Positions 63,035-64,000 of a DNA stretch of 64,000 nt are shown here, piece after piece. How positions within the stretch are numbered: position 1 is the first letter of the stretch; every line of letters begins with the position of its first letter. The notes under the pieces were generated by a model. It had not been told where the DNA came from and did no database searches. It was given only the letters and a program-made list of their open reading frames with translations. This DNA comes from Eledone cirrhosa (lineage: Eukaryota). The stretch is taken from NCBI GenBank assembly GCA_964016885.1, contig OZ024756.1, forward strand, positions 18,166,001-18,230,000. The letters are read 5' to 3'. The translations under genes and the position numbers were made by a program.

Positions 63035-63435
63035 GTACCTAAAGAGAAAACTATGTTGTACATACCTTAGAATTTCAACCATCTTTCTTTCTCCCATTTT
63101 TCTCTATATTTCCCTATTCTTTCTTTCCTTTTGATAAATCAAATGTCCAAACTACTAAGAGATTTATAGAAAAACAACAACAATATGAACAAAGAAACTG
63201 GAGAGACAGAATTCTGTCAAACTTTAGAATTAACTAGAAAAATGTTTTCATATTCAACTCTTAACATCTTGTACCATGTGAAACGTATAGAAGAAAATCA
63301 CATGAAAAATTTAAGTGTTTACCTCCAATATACTGCAAAATTTGATAATGATCTGTCCACTAATAAAGGTATTATGTTAAAAACCTAGTGAAGGAAATTG
63401 ACAGAAGAATCTCTTGCTTATCATCCAATAGATAC
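63035..63435 (+). mobile_element. Rearranged Penelope-like fragment
   Basis: Shares CCTAAAGAGAAAACTATGTTGTACAT and AAAACCTAGTGAAGGAAATTGACAGAAGAAT..TATCATCCAA with 28204-28305. Confidence 0.55.
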
Positions 63436-63764
63436 ACACAAGCATGAGTGGCCAGTTACAGCTGGTTTGAACAGAAAGAGGTGAGAGAATTCTGGCTGGA
63501 TATGGTCGGTTTAAATGCTAAAGGGTTAAAGCTACTGAAATTGGCTGATACTTTACATGCGTGGCCAATTGACAGAGTTATTTGGAAGTTAGATGGGAAT
63601 ACTTGGCTGGATTTGTTCCGGATCTCTGCACTCCAGGAGTTCAAATCCAATGAAGGTCGACTCTACCTTTCAGGTAATCAAATAAAAAAAATAATAAACA
63701 CCAGCAGCAGCACCAGTCCAGTGCTGGGGATTGATTTTTCCTCCTCTCTCTCTCAAAATCACCT

Positions 63765-63839
<75 letters not shown>

Positions 63840-64000
63840 CGGAAGAAATCAGTTGTGTTCAGACCTGGAGATTTAATCTCTGGCTGACCACAGCATGACT
63901 ACAAGGCCATGATTTGGTCTTTGATGGACCATAACATGACAACAAAGCCATAATTCAATCTCTCACTGACCACAGCATAACCACAAAGCCACAATTCGAA

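Overview
AT-rich, microsatellite-dense animal genomic DNA. It is most likely a coleoid cephalopod (Octopus-like), inferred from the repeat landscape and not proven. Two convergent protein-coding genes can be built by hand. (1) A + strand gene whose ~7-kb terminal exon (19602/19668-26639) encodes a ~2,330-2,350 aa protein with ~33-35 C2H2 zinc fingers in clusters that reuse one recognition-helix module. It has a probable ATG-bearing exon at 18776-18956 and a possible promoter/first exon at ~60-265. (2) A - strand six-coding-exon gene (60510 to 39567, ~640 aa, exon phases consistent, one donor uncertain) with ZU5-ZU5-UPA-like-death domain architecture (DTHD1/PIDD/UNC5/ankyrin-like). The rest is repeats: RTE LINE fragments carrying a PHD-like finger, R4/Dong and Penelope fragments, two SINE families, DD37D and DD41D Tc1/mariner relics, TA- and TTAA-target MITEs, and several minisatellites, including a 5.2-kb 21-mer array. 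The least expected signal, absent from the ORF track, is a set of at least six type I hammerhead-ribozyme motifs. One has a fully canonical core and lies in the sense strand of an intron of the death-domain gene. Several short hairpin-plus-tail elements with co-varying inverted arms sit in (TA)n and look like non-autonomous Penelope/retrozyme-like elements. All folds and alignments were done by eye; no database search was run.
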